From the NCBI RefSeq assembly GCF_036321535.1, contig NC_087437.1:55306001-55366000 (forward strand): a stretch of 60,000 nucleotides of DNA. The letters are read 5' to 3'. The notes under the pieces are model-generated. The model was not told where the DNA came from. It was given only the letters and a program-made list of their open reading frames with translations, and did no database searches. The stretch comes from Camelus dromedarius (lineage: Eukaryota). The position numbers were made by a program, and so were the translations under genes. Of the stretch, positions 38,371-51,736 are shown one piece after another; position 1 is the first letter of the stretch; every line of letters begins with the position of its first letter.

Positions 38371-39074
38371 AATTTCAGCATCCTCTTCAATCTGCTAGGT
38401 TAAAGGGCAACTTTTGGAGCAATACTTACAGCATAACTCAGTTTTTGCAGTAGAAAAAATGACATCTACAGAGAAATGTAGAAGCCTGAAAGGATATCCA
38501 TTATAACACTTAACTCTCATTTTATCTAGATTTAAGGAAAGATTTCTTTTCCTTCTTTTACTTTTATGAGTGGCCTACAATGTAATAAAAAAAAGTTTAA
38601 TGTGTTGAAATAATCATTAACACCAATCTCTAGAGATAAATGGACTCTTATCAACGCAGTAGTCCTTTGCTTGTGTTATGACCCTGTTTTCCTCATTGTC
38701 AAGTCACCAAAATCTCTCCGGACCATTGTCATCAAGGCCTGTATCCAGCAGCTGGAAGCTCTAGGTGAACACTCCAGGCCCCCTTGCCCCTCCATCCCGT
38801 CCTTCTGCCATAGCCCACGGGGTGTGCATCAGAGACACTTACTAAGCGTCTGTTCTGTTCAGACACTTGGTGTTGGCAGTGGGGTGGGGTACGAAGCAGC
38901 ACAGAGGGTGGTTTCTGACCAAGAGGCGCTTGCAGTGCCCTGGAGGGGAAGGACACTCACATGATGACGCATCACGCGCTTCGCCTTATTGAGAAGGTCC
39001 TTCTGTCGCAAGGCAGCTTCGGTGGCGAGGGAATGCGTCTTTAAGGAGGTAGGGCTGTGCTATTAGATGGGCTT

Positions 39075-39232
39075 CATTATTGTTATTTCTTATTTTTTTT
39101 ACGTTTTTTTGGGGTGGATGTAATTAGATGTATTTATTTAATTATTTTCTTTAAATGGAGGTACTGGAGATTGAATCCAGGACCGGATGCACGCTAAGCA
39201 TGCGCTCTACCACTTGAGGTACCCCCCAACCC
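39075..39232 (-). mobile_element. tRNA-derived SINE (Vic-1-like, camelid)
   Basis: Minus strand reads TCAAGTGGTAGAGCGCATGCTTAGCGTGCATCCGGTCCTGGATTCAATCTCCAGTACCTCC, then an AAATAAATACATCTAATTAC-type tail and A-rich end. Degenerate TSD atggRctt on both sides. Confidence 0.85.
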
Positions 39233-40949
39233 ACATGGACTTTAGAAACAAGTACATTTCCATGGCCCACAGTAATCTCTGACTAGGATGGAGCCCTTCC
39301 AAGCCCCTTATGTCACATTACCTTTGATGAGACTTTCTGTACGATTGCCTCTTGACCCACCACTTTCTGGGGGTCTTAGATTCTTATTCTCGTTCCGTCA
39401 ATCCTTTTGTACCCATAGCCCAAGAACTCTGACTTGTATTCACTTAGTATGTTTCCTTGAAACATTTTCCCCTCAATCATAAGTACAATGTATGTTTAAT
39501 GCAAAAAATAATGGGAAAACTTAGAAAGATGTAAATAGAAGTGTAAATTATCTGCAAGCTGGTCATGCAGGGATAATCGTTTATAACATTTTGGTGCATG
39601 TGCTTCCAATGCATGTGTGGGTGATTTGTCATGTAATACTCTGTAATCTGCTTCATAATGACATGTCTTTTTGTGTCAATTAATATTTGTTTACACAATT
39701 ATTATAGGACATTTTTTACAACCTCCCCCTGTTAAAGATAAACTCTTTTAACACTTCAATATATTAATTTCTAATACTTTTCTTTTGCTTATTTATATAT
39801 AGTTTTGGTTTTGAAAATAAAACCATAGGGTATGTATAGCTTAGATCCTACTTTATCACTTAGCGTTATTCTGTGAATTTTTATCTGTCATTCAATTGTC
39901 TTAAAATATGATTCTAAGGGTTGCATAATATTCCACTATGGATGTGTACACATAGGGTGATGCAGTAAGAACTTCTAATTTAGAATTGATGCTTAAATCA
40001 GTATCTCCTCTTCTAGGCTCTGAACTCCATGCAAGAAGATCTAGTTTTGATTCTTCTGTGAATTGTTTTCGTGTAGTCAACTGACAAAGATAAAATCCTT
40101 TGTTCTAGATGAGATGAACTCTAAGCGGAAGCTTTCACAGTGAGATGGGATTCAGGAAGCTATGACTGGGTAACTTCAGAGACTGGAGAAGAGGCTGTGA
40201 CTCACAGGGCTGTGGCTCACAGGGCTGTGGCGGGTTGGGTGGGAGGGAGGATTTCACTGTGAATGGACCAGGTCTAGCTGGATGAAGCCCCAGCCTAGGA
40301 AGGTCAGTCCTCTTTGAAGTGCCACTCTCACTGGTTAGGAGAAAGAGCTAATGGAACCAAACAAGAAGTACCTACCACCAACAACAAACAAGTACCCACT
40401 ATCCAGTGTCCTTGCCTGTTGAATTCAAAAACAAAAACAGGCCAGGCACTTGTTCTCTTGTTCTCATTGATTTCTTATCCAGAGTGCTCTTAAAGATGCA
40501 ATTTTCTATAAACGTATAACCAAGGACTAGAAAGTTTTGGTGTGTAATGGAATAAAGGTGGTAAAATTAGATCTATTCCAACCTTATAATTTTGGGTATT
40601 TGACCTGCCTTGTAGATGACCTTTTAGCTCTCCACCTTGATTGAGAATGGAGGCTCACACCAGGTCCTTGTGGAGTCCTAGACTAGCTGAGCCAGAAGGA
40701 AACTTGAGAGCCCACTAGTTCAATACCCTCCTAGTACGTGTGAAAAAAAGCAGTGCCCCAAGAGAAGAAACGACTCGCATCTGCACCCAGATTTCCTGCC
40801 TCCTATTACTTTAAGGCATTTCCCACCATCACTAGTTATCACACAGTCTTCTCCCAATTGTTCAAGTTGCTCTAACATAGATTCAGTTGATTATTAAACT
40901 TCTTCTAGCCTTCTTTTAAAACTAAAAAACTTTAAAACCATTTTGCAAC

Positions 40950-41150
40950 CCCACTATATTTTAAGTACTTTGCTGGGCCTTTAGATCCATTAGTTCCTCT
41001 AATTCTTATACTGTCCTGCAAGGTAAATATTGGCTCCACTTCAAGTTTGAGAAAACTGAAGCTCAAGATTTTTAAATTGCTTCTCAATCTCAGTCAGCTG
41101 GTAAATTGTGGAGTCTGGGTTGCAGCCCAGGTCTGTCTAACTCCAAAGGT
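40950..41150 (-). mobile_element. MIR SINE
   Basis: gagaaaactgaagctcaaga...cagctggtaaattgtggagtctgggttgcagcccaggtctgtctaactccaaag. Confidence 0.7.
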
Positions 41151-44100
41151 TTCTGTACTATGCCAGGCTATTTCCTGATACAGGAATTGATTACACTTTA
41201 TGTCTTTACTGTCCTTTGTCCATTATCTTGTGGAAAGATTGGCTTAATTAATTCTCCAAATGTATTGTGCCTTTGAGTTGTAGGTGAGTGATCTTGACAC
41301 ATCACCCACAAAGTCGCGTTTAAATCAAAAGTAAAGGCATCTTTCACGTTCCAATGGAGGAAGCTAAATTGTGTGGTTTGGCCACGCCTACAGATTGGCT
41401 GAGCTCCCAAAAAGGACTGGAGCTGAACAAGCAAAAACAAACAAGAACTGACGTTTTGCAAAAGCTGAAGAGAATCAAAGCATGAAAAGAAAAGAAAGAC
41501 AAAACCTTGTTCAGTATAGGTAGCATCTCTACTAAGAGAGAGAATATATTTTAAGGAAAATCACAGATGTCAGAAGAGTCATGGAAGAGTGAAAGAAATT
41601 CAGGGTTAAGTTTGGGGATACGAGTTCCTTTGGCCAGGCATTTTCTCTTGACCTTTCCTCGAAGAAAGATGGGCTACATTATGACTTCTAACTCTTGGCA
41701 TGTCGTATGAGGAAAGAGGAAAAGTGTTTTGCTCTAGTTGGTTTCAGACCACTGTTTCTGAGGCTGGCCTAGGTCAAGGTCAGGATGGTGGGGAATGGCT
41801 CCCCTCCCCAGCTCCGCGACGACCCCTCCCCCCAATCACTCTTTAAAACAGGGTCATTGATGCCCCTTCCCTCTCCAACTCCACAGTACTTCTGTGACCT
41901 TTTGCTGGAAAAAACTAGAACTTTTGCCAAATTATTCTGCCCAGTCCATCTGTAACTAAGGGCTTTGTTCTCAGAGGATCTGTTCATTGGAGGCGCACTG
42001 GATTTATTTCTCTAAGATAAATATTTCTCCTACCTTTTCCCATTGCATAATTTATATAACGAGTTTGTAACTTCTCAGCCTACATGGCAGTTTCATAACT
42101 CCTTGTGATAAAAGTTACCCAAGAGACATTATCTTTCTCCATCTCTCAAAGCTTCTTTGATTTTATTTCCTGAATGCAGCTTTTGCATATTAGTGGGCAG
42201 ATTAAAGTTATTGCCCAATGATGCAACTATCTGTGTACCGGGAAGTCTTTATTTGGGTGTGAATTTTAGTCTTCTTCTGACTTTACTTTTTGAAGACTTT
42301 CTCAGGGCCAAATTTTGGTGTACTTACTGTATGAAACAACTTATTTTTAACTTGTACTGGAGAATGGGAAATTTCTGATGAAAATGTGAGTGCCTCAAAA
42401 ACCTTTAAGCTTTCATATGTTTTTACTACAGCTAACACTTTTTAAAAATTATATCCTCTTTATAACATTTTCAATGTAGAAAATTAGAAAATAAAATTAA
42501 GTAAAAAAAAAAAATCTGTAATCCAAATTATACAGAGAAAACCGATGTTAACATTTTTGTGGATATTCCTGTAATACATATGTATTAGTTATACATAACC
42601 ATATTGTATTTTTAGAAAAGACTAAGATCATGCTATGTCCTATTTTATAACTTAAGAAAACATGCCATGGATGTCTTTCCATTGTATTTGTACACAGTTA
42701 GTTATACCAACCACATAATAGCCTATCTAAACTATGTTTAGGTAGCTTAGCTATTATAAACAGATTATAAATAAAAGAGTATTGCTGTTTTAAAAAGGAT
42801 ATTGGCATAAGGAATGCACTTGGATTTGCCACTGAAAGATGAGGAATTAAAAAGACAACTCGATATATCACTTGTTTTAAATAATCTCTATTTCATATGT
42901 TAAAATATACCAACACAGCTTCTAATGATGTACTAATTAATCCCACTTTCTTTGTCACGAGACCTAAATCTATAGATAGGTTACATTACTAGAGAACAAA
43001 AGTAACCATCTTAGCGATGCCTACTGGATGTGGTAGTGAACTAAGAGGCCGAAGGTCACTCCAAAATTAAAGTTTCTACATTCAGTCACTCCCAGCAGGA
43101 GAGCTGGTTTTAGCTCTACTCTCCGTAGCATTTTCTAACACGTTTATTCACTGGCTGGGCTTTCATAGAGAATTACCGAGTTTCACCGTCGAATATTAAC
43201 GGCATTTGAAGCCTGGTGTGGCCTGTTGGAGGTGGGGTGCAGGAGAAGAAGTCACGAGTGATATCAATGAGGAATTGTACCTGATGTTGCTGAGTGGCCC
43301 CAGCTCATTAAGAAGGGAAGACAGAACTCCCCTCACAGATAACAGGGAATATATTTTGGAGACGTGTCAAACATTTCAGTGATCTCTTTAAACACCGTGC
43401 TGTGTCACAATTGAAGTTCTTAGATGCAGAGATACTGCCAAACAGTTAATACTGTGAGCTAACATACTTTTGATGACACTTATCTCAAAAGAGAAGCGCT
43501 AAGGAGTGGTGAAACTTATCCACTCAGTTGAATTTCTCCATCACAAATAGGACATATACAAGCCATAGATTTTTTTTGCACTGCTTTTATAGCCTGAAGG
43601 GATACTCGAGAGCAGGAATCGACCCAGGAGATGTGTGTAGCAGTAACTCGGGCCGCATCGATTCTGGCCCTGTGGGCTTTGGTTTCCGTCTGGCCCCTGG
43701 GCTGGGTGGGGTGACGGCCTGCTGGAAGGTAGGCACATCCCTGGTTGAAACACCTTGCCTCTCCTGGCTATCACCCTCATACCTTCCCAGTAGTTCTGAC
43801 TTTGTCAGTAGAGAATCGACCACCTCTGAAAGCTTTGGGCTGTGCCACTTTCCGTCTGGCATCTTTTAGGGATTGCCAACAGCCCCTGCTCAAATACTAT
43901 TTTATTGCCTCCTCCTCCTGTGATAATACACTAATGGCTCTTCAGAAGATGCACGATCAAGGCTCTCCATCATTTACGAAGTACTTTCACACCATTTTCA
44001 TTTGATCATCACAAAAGATCTCAGGAAGTAAGCAGGGCAGGTGCCCACATGCACATTTTCACAGATAAAGGAGTTGAGAGGATTGTTACAACATACTTGA

Positions 44101-45629
44101 ACACTTCATATATGAAGATGACATGACTGAGCATACTTCATAATGGCTATTTCGGTTGCTCTTTCTCTGGTCTGTACTCCTACTCCTGTCCTGATTGCTC
44201 TGAATAAAGTCATACATTTACAGAAAGACTGATCAAAACCAAACCTTATGTCTCCCCAGTAAACCAGCCTTGAGACACACATTCACAGAACCAAGGAAAC
44301 GTGCATATCAAGCCAGTGTCTTAATTGTCTCAGAACATTTACTATTTATTCTGGCCAGTGTTGCTCATTGCTTTAACAGGAGTTGTGTCAGGTCACACGT
44401 AAGTATACATGTATCTTTACTTTCTAATATTAGGCACTTATGTTCATATATAATTACATTCTTTAAAACACACATTTTCTGTTTTGTTTCCTTGCTGAAA
44501 TACAGAAAAAGAAACGGCTTTTTTTGTGTGTGTGATGGATGTTATTGTTCTGTGTCTGTGTCTCTTACCTAACCACCTTCAGCAAGCTGATACAATTTTT
44601 TTTTAGTTTTTATTCCTTAGCATCCTAAATGGTCCACTTTTCTTAAACCATCTTCTAATGAATCTGAATGTCACTCTTGAAACAGAACTGCTTTCGTTTC
44701 TCCACACTGGCTCTCTGGCCTTCACCATTCGCAGGGGAGCTGTCCCTCTGCTCTAGCTCTCCTGCCTTCTCTCTCTGGGTAGGGCTCTGTGCACCTTGCA
44801 GAACCTCAGGTGTTTATATTCTCACCGAGAGGGAGTGAAAATGGGTCAAAGTTGCCTTAGAAGATTAGTCTAACACTTACTTATATCAATTGTTTTGTCC
44901 AATTAGGTGTCTTGTTTTGCGTTCAACATTTTACAAACTCAGTGTATATTTCATCACTAAGACACAGATTGTCCTTCAGTTACGGTGACTGACAAGACGA
45001 GAAGTTAGCGGCATTGTTTTTATGACCCTAGGCTCCCCTGTCTGGTCTTGTTCCACTGCTTTCAGGTGCCTGTCACTGATGACTATTGCCCTTTGGTTTT
45101 CGGATAAACATTCCTCTGTTGCCTCCCTTCTGCTCATGAGAGAGGCTCTCATATATCTCATACCCTGCAGGGTAGCTTTAGGCAGAAAAAAGTTTTCCCT
45201 CATTCTGTCCGTCTCCTGCAGTGCAGACATTTTCCGTGACATCCTCTGTGACTGAGCTCATGGTGCCAAGCACAGGGTTCGGCATTCTGTGGGCGTCCAA
45301 GAGGATGAAGGAGGGCATGGTTCCTTTCCTCATGGAGCTCACCATCTGCTCGTGGAGATCAGTTACAGGCAATGACTAAAGAGCTGGTAGGCAGAAGATC
45401 ACAGTGCCTGGAGAGCACAGGAAAAACTGCATTTCTAGATTGCCATTTATGTTAAGCTTGAGGGACTGGTGAGTTTGGAGCCTGGTTTAGAAGGAAGGAT
45501 TTCCAATCATCCTCTGTCAGGTCTGGTTCCATCACATCTGAGGAGAGAGACTCTCTAAGGTGAATCTGCTTTGCATTTTTGGCCACAGGTGATCCACATT
45601 TCCATGGAGTGTGGATTTTTATTACTGAT

Positions 45630-47030
45630 CCATTTGTTCAGCTGATACATAATAGATGCTTTCTATGTGCCCTACTCGGTGCTAAGGCTACTGTAGTGAA
45701 AAGAAAGCCCTGTCTCTGTCATCAAGGATCTTATGTACTAGTGATGAGAATGTAAACATTAGGGCAAGTTTTTAGGTAGCGGATGAGTACTGTCATAATG
45801 ATATACACAATCTACAAGAAGAAACAGTTACATACATGAGGCATGTAACTCATGAGACGAGATTGGCCAAGGAAGCTTCTAGTTGCTTTCTAAACTGAGA
45901 CAAAAAAGGGAAACGGGGGTTATTCAAGTAGAAGAAATAAGAAGGACGTTGGTGGATTTATGAGACTAAAGGTAGAGTAGCATGGCTGAAGCATAGGATA
46001 TAAGCGCTGTGGTGGGGCGAGAAAGATGGGAGAAGAAGATGGAGAAGGAAAGGGAGGGAAGAGACATGGTGAGATGTTCACCTCTACAGGTTAGTGGGAG
46101 TTCAGATCATGAAGATCTTGCCTACATGCTCAGGAGTCAGATTTTAATTTTGTGGGCAATGGGGATGCATTGAAAGGTAAGTGGCCAATGACACAATATG
46201 ATTTGTATCTTAGGAAGATCAGTCTTCCTCCTGTGTGCTGCATAGATCGGAGAGATTAAAATCAGCTAGAAGACCTTTATGATGATCCTCAAGAGATGAA
46301 CTAAGGCTGTGGCAAGGAGTGAAGCAAAGTACAGAACTCAGTGGCTATTAAGGAATTAAAGGCTGTAGGACTGGGTGCCTGATTGGTCAGTATTGGGCAA
46401 GAAGAGGGAATCAGGCAGCTCTCTGTCCTGAGAAACTGTACAGCTGTGATCTCATTCACTGAGCTTGGAACAAAAAGAGGGGACCAGGTCTATGGGGGAA
46501 GTGAGGAGATGATAAGTTCATCTTTGGACAAGAAGAGTTAAAAGTACCTGTGGGTCAACAAAGATGACAGGTCTAGTAGATGGTTGTGTAGATAGATCTG
46601 ACTGTAGATATAAGGTATAGGAATCATAGATCATAGTCATAGATCTACAGATTATGGTTAAACAAGGGGGAAAAAGGGGGATTTCTTAGGGAGAGCATCC
46701 AGAGTGATTTATGGCAAACAGTAGCATGGGAGATATGGGGGGATCTCCATGAAAGAAACTACCAGCCACGAACCAGGAAGTAGAAAGAAAACTGGGAATC
46801 TGTCATTCCAAGGAACAGAAGGAAGCAAGCACTTCAAGAGGCATGAGTCAGCGATCAAGACTGCCAAAGAGATCAAGGAGATAGAGAGTGTTAAATGTGT
46901 ATTGGATTCATTTATAAGAACTTCTGGACTGAGAAGCAGATGTCTGCAGATTAAGGTGTGGAGGAGATAAAATTAGAGACTTTCTTTTTGAGAAGCTTGA
47001 TCAGGAAATAGAAGAGATCCATTCATTCAT
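45630..47030 (-). mobile_element. LINE-2 remnant
   Basis: Purine-rich L2 body (gggcaatggggatgcattgaaagg, aggaagatcagtct, gataagttcatctttggaca) after an antisense L2 3' end. Confidence 0.65.
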
Positions 47031-49549
47031 CCTTGTGATTTCTAAGGTCAAACGAAACAAATGTGCTCTTTTTCTCCTGGTAAGAATTTAGATATCTGAA
47101 GAGAGGTGAGGGAGCAAAGTTCTCCACATTTTCTCTCTGAACCGAATTTCTCCAGTTCCTTTTGCTGTTCCTCCTGTGGCACAGTTAGTGATCCCCACCA
47201 ACCATGGGATAACTTCCTTAGCAAAGAGGAAGGTCCTCTCACAGGCCAGGTGTCCAAATGACCAGCCTGGTATGGAAATAGAAGAGGGAGAATTTGAAGC
47301 GCCTCTGTTGATCATGTGAAGTGTCTTTTCATTAATGCACTTAACAACTAGTTTACTGTGTGTTGGATATATACCAGGAGCTCTGACATAGGGAGGTGAT
47401 GGTTTGCGTGGGTTTGAGGGCAGTGTCTTCAGGACAGCTTCTCAGAGCCTGGCTTTATGGGGACAGGAGAGAGCTGACCTCAGACTCCTGGAGAAAGGAG
47501 TCACCAAGCAAGTTTCTCTTACTCCACAGGCCAGCTAGGTCTTCTTAGGAACCGAAGGCAGTGTAAACAGGAAAGAGGACCCTGGTACCCTGGTACGTCC
47601 TCTGACTTGCTTTGTGACCTGAGGTAGTGACTTTCCTGCTCCCACGGAAGCATCTGGTTTCTTATTTATAAAATGAGGGTGTCGAGTTAAATGATATCTC
47701 AAATGTCTGGCAGCACTCTCAGATTCCATCTTGTGAAACCAACTGAATATTCACTCTGAGAAGAATAATCTCCTTAGGGTGCCAGTAATATGGCATTTCT
47801 TCATCTATGTGATGGTTCCGTGAGTGTGTTTATTTTCATGATACTTCACTGATCGGTACATTTATGATATTTTGAATGCGTGTCATACTTCAGTAAACAT
47901 GTTTATAATAAAAATGTCATTAAAAAAATTAAGGCTGTAGATTTTACCTGGAGGGGTGGGGAAAGACTGTTGTCAGCATTGGGATGAATGTCTTCCCCTG
48001 AATTTCATGAAATCCGTACGGGAGAAGTCACATTTGGCCTGCCTCGCAGGAAACCCCTTCTTTGGGGGGACTTCCTTAGGTAGAGCTCCCAGCCAGGAGC
48101 ATCTGGTTGAGGAATGTAGGCTGATGGCCCTCCCTGGCACCAGGATTAATGCTGAGTATGTAGTCAGCCCTGGTATGTCCCAATAACATAATCCACACCC
48201 TCCCCTGGTATGTCCCAATAACAGGGGATGAGGCTGTTGCTAATTTCTAAGCATTGTCCCCCTCTAGTTTCTGAATCAGCAGGTTCGAAATCAGGGATCT
48301 TACATATTTTGGAGACAGAAGAGATGCTGTCGCAGGCTGATTTGTTGATCTTCATTAAGTTTTGTTTTTTTTTGTTTTTTGTTTTTTGATTCCTCTGCTT
48401 TTTTCTTTTTCAGTTATACAGGAAAAAAAAAATTGAGTGTTTCGAGGCTCCAAAGTACATCGTCGGGACCAGCATTTTTATCCTGGTCAATTCCTTGCAT
48501 GCTGCTTTGCTCTGTCTTTGGAGGGTATAGGGAGGCTGATGATTTAGCCTTATTCATTGTCCTCCCCAGGAGGAGAATGCCACCGCTCTGCTGTGCCCTC
48601 CCTGCCTTGGGATCTTCCTGGCCAGGCCAATGGCAGAGTAGAAACTTCTTCCACTGCCTGAGATAAGTCACTACCCCTGACATCTGGTTTACTTCCTTCT
48701 ACTTTTTCAGACATATCTCCAGCCAGGTCTCCCCTGACTCACACATCCTGGTACAGGTTTATGTTAATAGCTACCTTCAGAATTTATCTTGGTGGGGGAA
48801 TTCCATTTATTTGGGGATGTTGAAGGGGAGAATTCGGGGGCCCTGGATATGTGGATGAAATAGATACGTATCTATGTTTATGTCAAATAAGAAACACACA
48901 CACAGAAAGCAGAAATTGTTACCCTGGAAAGAGGAGAAACAGATGAATGGTGCAAAGTTGCACCATACACAATATGACTCACCTCTCCATGGCTTCTCTG
49001 TCTTTAAGGAAGTTGTTAATCTCATGAAGTTCTTGAGACAAGTGGAATCTTACAGAGTTAAGCCCAGGCTCTGTATCTGGGTTGACTGGGGTGGGGGGGA
49101 CCTACCCATATGGGATGGAGGCGCGAGTGCAGAGACAAGGGAATATAAAGGACGTGTGAGGAGGATTTCAGGCTGTCATCCTGTCAGAGAGCCGTTGTTT
49201 TAACCAGGTGCGAACAGCTCTTCAAGGAGCCAGGGCTGGAGGTGGGCAGCTACGTCTCTATTACATTCCCCGTGTTACCTGGCATCCTTTGAGCAAACCC
49301 TCCTCTTCGCACCTCACACCTTTGCTGGGAGCATCCTCTCCCACCCTCTAATAAGCAGTCAGTTCCAAGGCACCTTTCTCCGCCCTCTAACTTTCCACCC
49401 TCTCCCCCCTCTCTCTCCACTCACCCTTGTTACTCCCACCTTCTATTTCCATTGTGTTTTGCACACACTCTCCCATTCTGGTTCTATCACTTAAGTCTGC
49501 AGTCATCCCGTTTACATTTTCAGGACGATGAGCTTCTATGGATGAAAGA

Positions 49550-49643
49550 CTGTGGCACGTGTTCTGTCCGATGTGTGTCTGCGTAAGTGTAAGTGTCTGT
49601 GGCACGTGTTCTGTCCGATGTGTGTCTGCGTAAGTGTAAGTGT
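49550..49643. repeat. 47-bp perfect tandem duplication
   Basis: ctgtggcacgtgttctgtccgatgtgtgtctgcgtaagtgtaagtgt twice. Confidence 0.95.
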
Positions 49644-51341
49644 GAGTGCCCATGTTCAGAAGCTGTTCCCATTCATGCCTCACAAGAGCTTCATTACTCA
49701 GTCCACAAGCATTTACTGAGCCCTCTTGCATGAGGTCTGAGATAATGCACAAACCACAGTGGATTACATGTTAAGACTTGTCCTCAGGTCTCAGACCCAA
49801 CAGAGAAACAAGCGAGGCACCATTCATCCGTCTGAGGACTTGTTCTTAGTGCCTGCTCTGTACCCTGCCCGTGGGCACCATGCCTGTGCCGAGTGCTGGC
49901 TATATGGGTGAGTGCAGCGCAGTCCCTGCCCTAGAGATGCTCACGGCCCAGGAGTGAAGACCAGAGAGTAAAGAAGATGATGGTTACAGAACAGCATGAC
50001 AAATGCTACAGGGATCAGGAACACAAGCCTTATCACAACCTTGACTGGATGAGTGGTGGAAGGGTTCATGGAAATGCGCAAAGTTAATTTCAAGGGCTCT
50101 GTCATCTCACTGAGTTCTCTAGTCAATGTCGTTATCTCAATCAACTCTTTTCTGTCTGTTTTTCAGGAAAGCCCACTAAAAATTTCTATTTTGTGTGAGA
50201 AGCTTGGCAAACCTCTCAGTGTTTCCCTTCTTAGATGTAAGAATAGTTCCTGAGGCTTTAGCACGTCCCTGGCTCTGGCCCTGGCCCGGGTGGGGAGTCC
50301 AGCACCCCACTGTGGGGGTCCCGAGCATCTCTGGTGACTGTGGGTATCCACTCGTGTTACAGAGAAGCCAGAACCTCCATGAAGCACACCCAGATTCATG
50401 ACCGCCGTCACAGTCCTCCCGTGACACCTCAGCGTCTGAATCACAAGGGAACTGATGTACTCAGTTGGAGAGAAGCTGGGGTAAAGCATACTGAGCAACC
50501 TCTATTGGCTTAGGTACAGAATATTTGGGGCACTAGAGAAAAATCAGTCAACTCTTGAGGAGTGATTGAGCTGGAAGGCAACACAGGAATAATTTAGTCC
50601 AACGACTTTCAGACTTCAACACATTTACCCCCAAAATGAGAACTTTGGAAGTCCAGAAACAGATACATGGATCAGTTTTGATTGAAATGGGCTATTAATT
50701 TTCAGGAGTACAATCTGCCAACCATAGAGTCTGGCCCCTCATTTTGTAGGTGAGAAACCTGCCATGCGGGTGGGGAAACAGTTGCCCAGGGTTTCCCAGT
50801 GGAAGGGCGTGGGGACCCGCATTTCTTCATCTTGGCCCTGTGTCATCCCCTCACCCCTTCCTCCGTCTGAGCGAAGGCTCCGGTGGCAGAGCAGAGGGCC
50901 CCACCTGGCAGAGGAGGAGATGGGAAGAGAGAGACCCTCCATCAGTTCCACTTCCTCCTAGGACGCAGAGCAGGCCTGCTGGCATGTTATCACGAATGCA
51001 CAAAATGGGAAATTGGAAAGGATTGTTTGCCGATTTTCTTATCTCAGCTGGCACAGAGGAGGGCTGGCTGGAGAGTTTCAAGGTGTTAAGAGTTTATGCA
51101 CCGCACACCCCTTGGTTGTTCGCAGAGAGACTCAGGAAAGGCTGCACACGTAAATTCACATAAATTTCCTTTACAAAATGTCAAAATTAAAAGTGGATTT
51201 TTATTTTGGGGATGAGCCTTGAGAGGGTTAACCCCTTCATGTGGGTAGAGATGTTACCATCAGAAACACACAGCTGACATCTTTGACTGCAACCCAGGGA
51301 AATGACGCCCACGCTTCCCCCCCAGCCCAGCGCCGCCTCAC

Positions 51342-51355
51342 CTGCCAGAGGGCGG
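51342..51355 (+). promoter_or_regulatory. CTCF-like motif
   Basis: CTGCCAGAGGGCGG, one mismatch to the CTCF core, in a locally CpG-retaining GC-rich patch. Confidence 0.45.
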
Positions 51356-51639
51356 CAGCACTTGTGAACACACTGTAGAATTTTCTAAGCTCCTGGTTGG
51401 CCCACAAACATTCCTCTAGATAGTATATTTTTAATCCTTGGTGGCCATAACTTCATTCTTTATTCTCTTCAACTTTTTAAAAATTAAACTAAACTGAGAG
51501 TTCAGGGGACATATCAAGGCCTCAATTTCCTCATTTACAAAACATACAGGTTAGAATAGATGAATGGTTCCTAACAAGGCATTCTGTCTTTCAGGGCTCC
51601 AGAGAGGTAGTAATGGGCATTATCAAATTTTATTTTTCT

Positions 51640-51736
51640 CTTCTGATGTTGAAATACATTAAAACACTTCCTGGGCCCCTAGAAGTTTTGTGGACTCAGG
51701 CCCTGGGCCTCACGTGCCTAAGAAGAAGTCAGCCTG
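51640..51736 (-). mobile_element. MER91-like hAT fragment
   Basis: attaaaacacttcctgggcccctagaagttttgtggactcaggc...gtgcctaa...aagtcagcctg. Confidence 0.45.

Noticed and set aside
48168..48223. CRISPR-like repeat-spacer-repeat
   Set aside because: Only two repeats, a 14-bp spacer, no cas genes, eukaryotic context.
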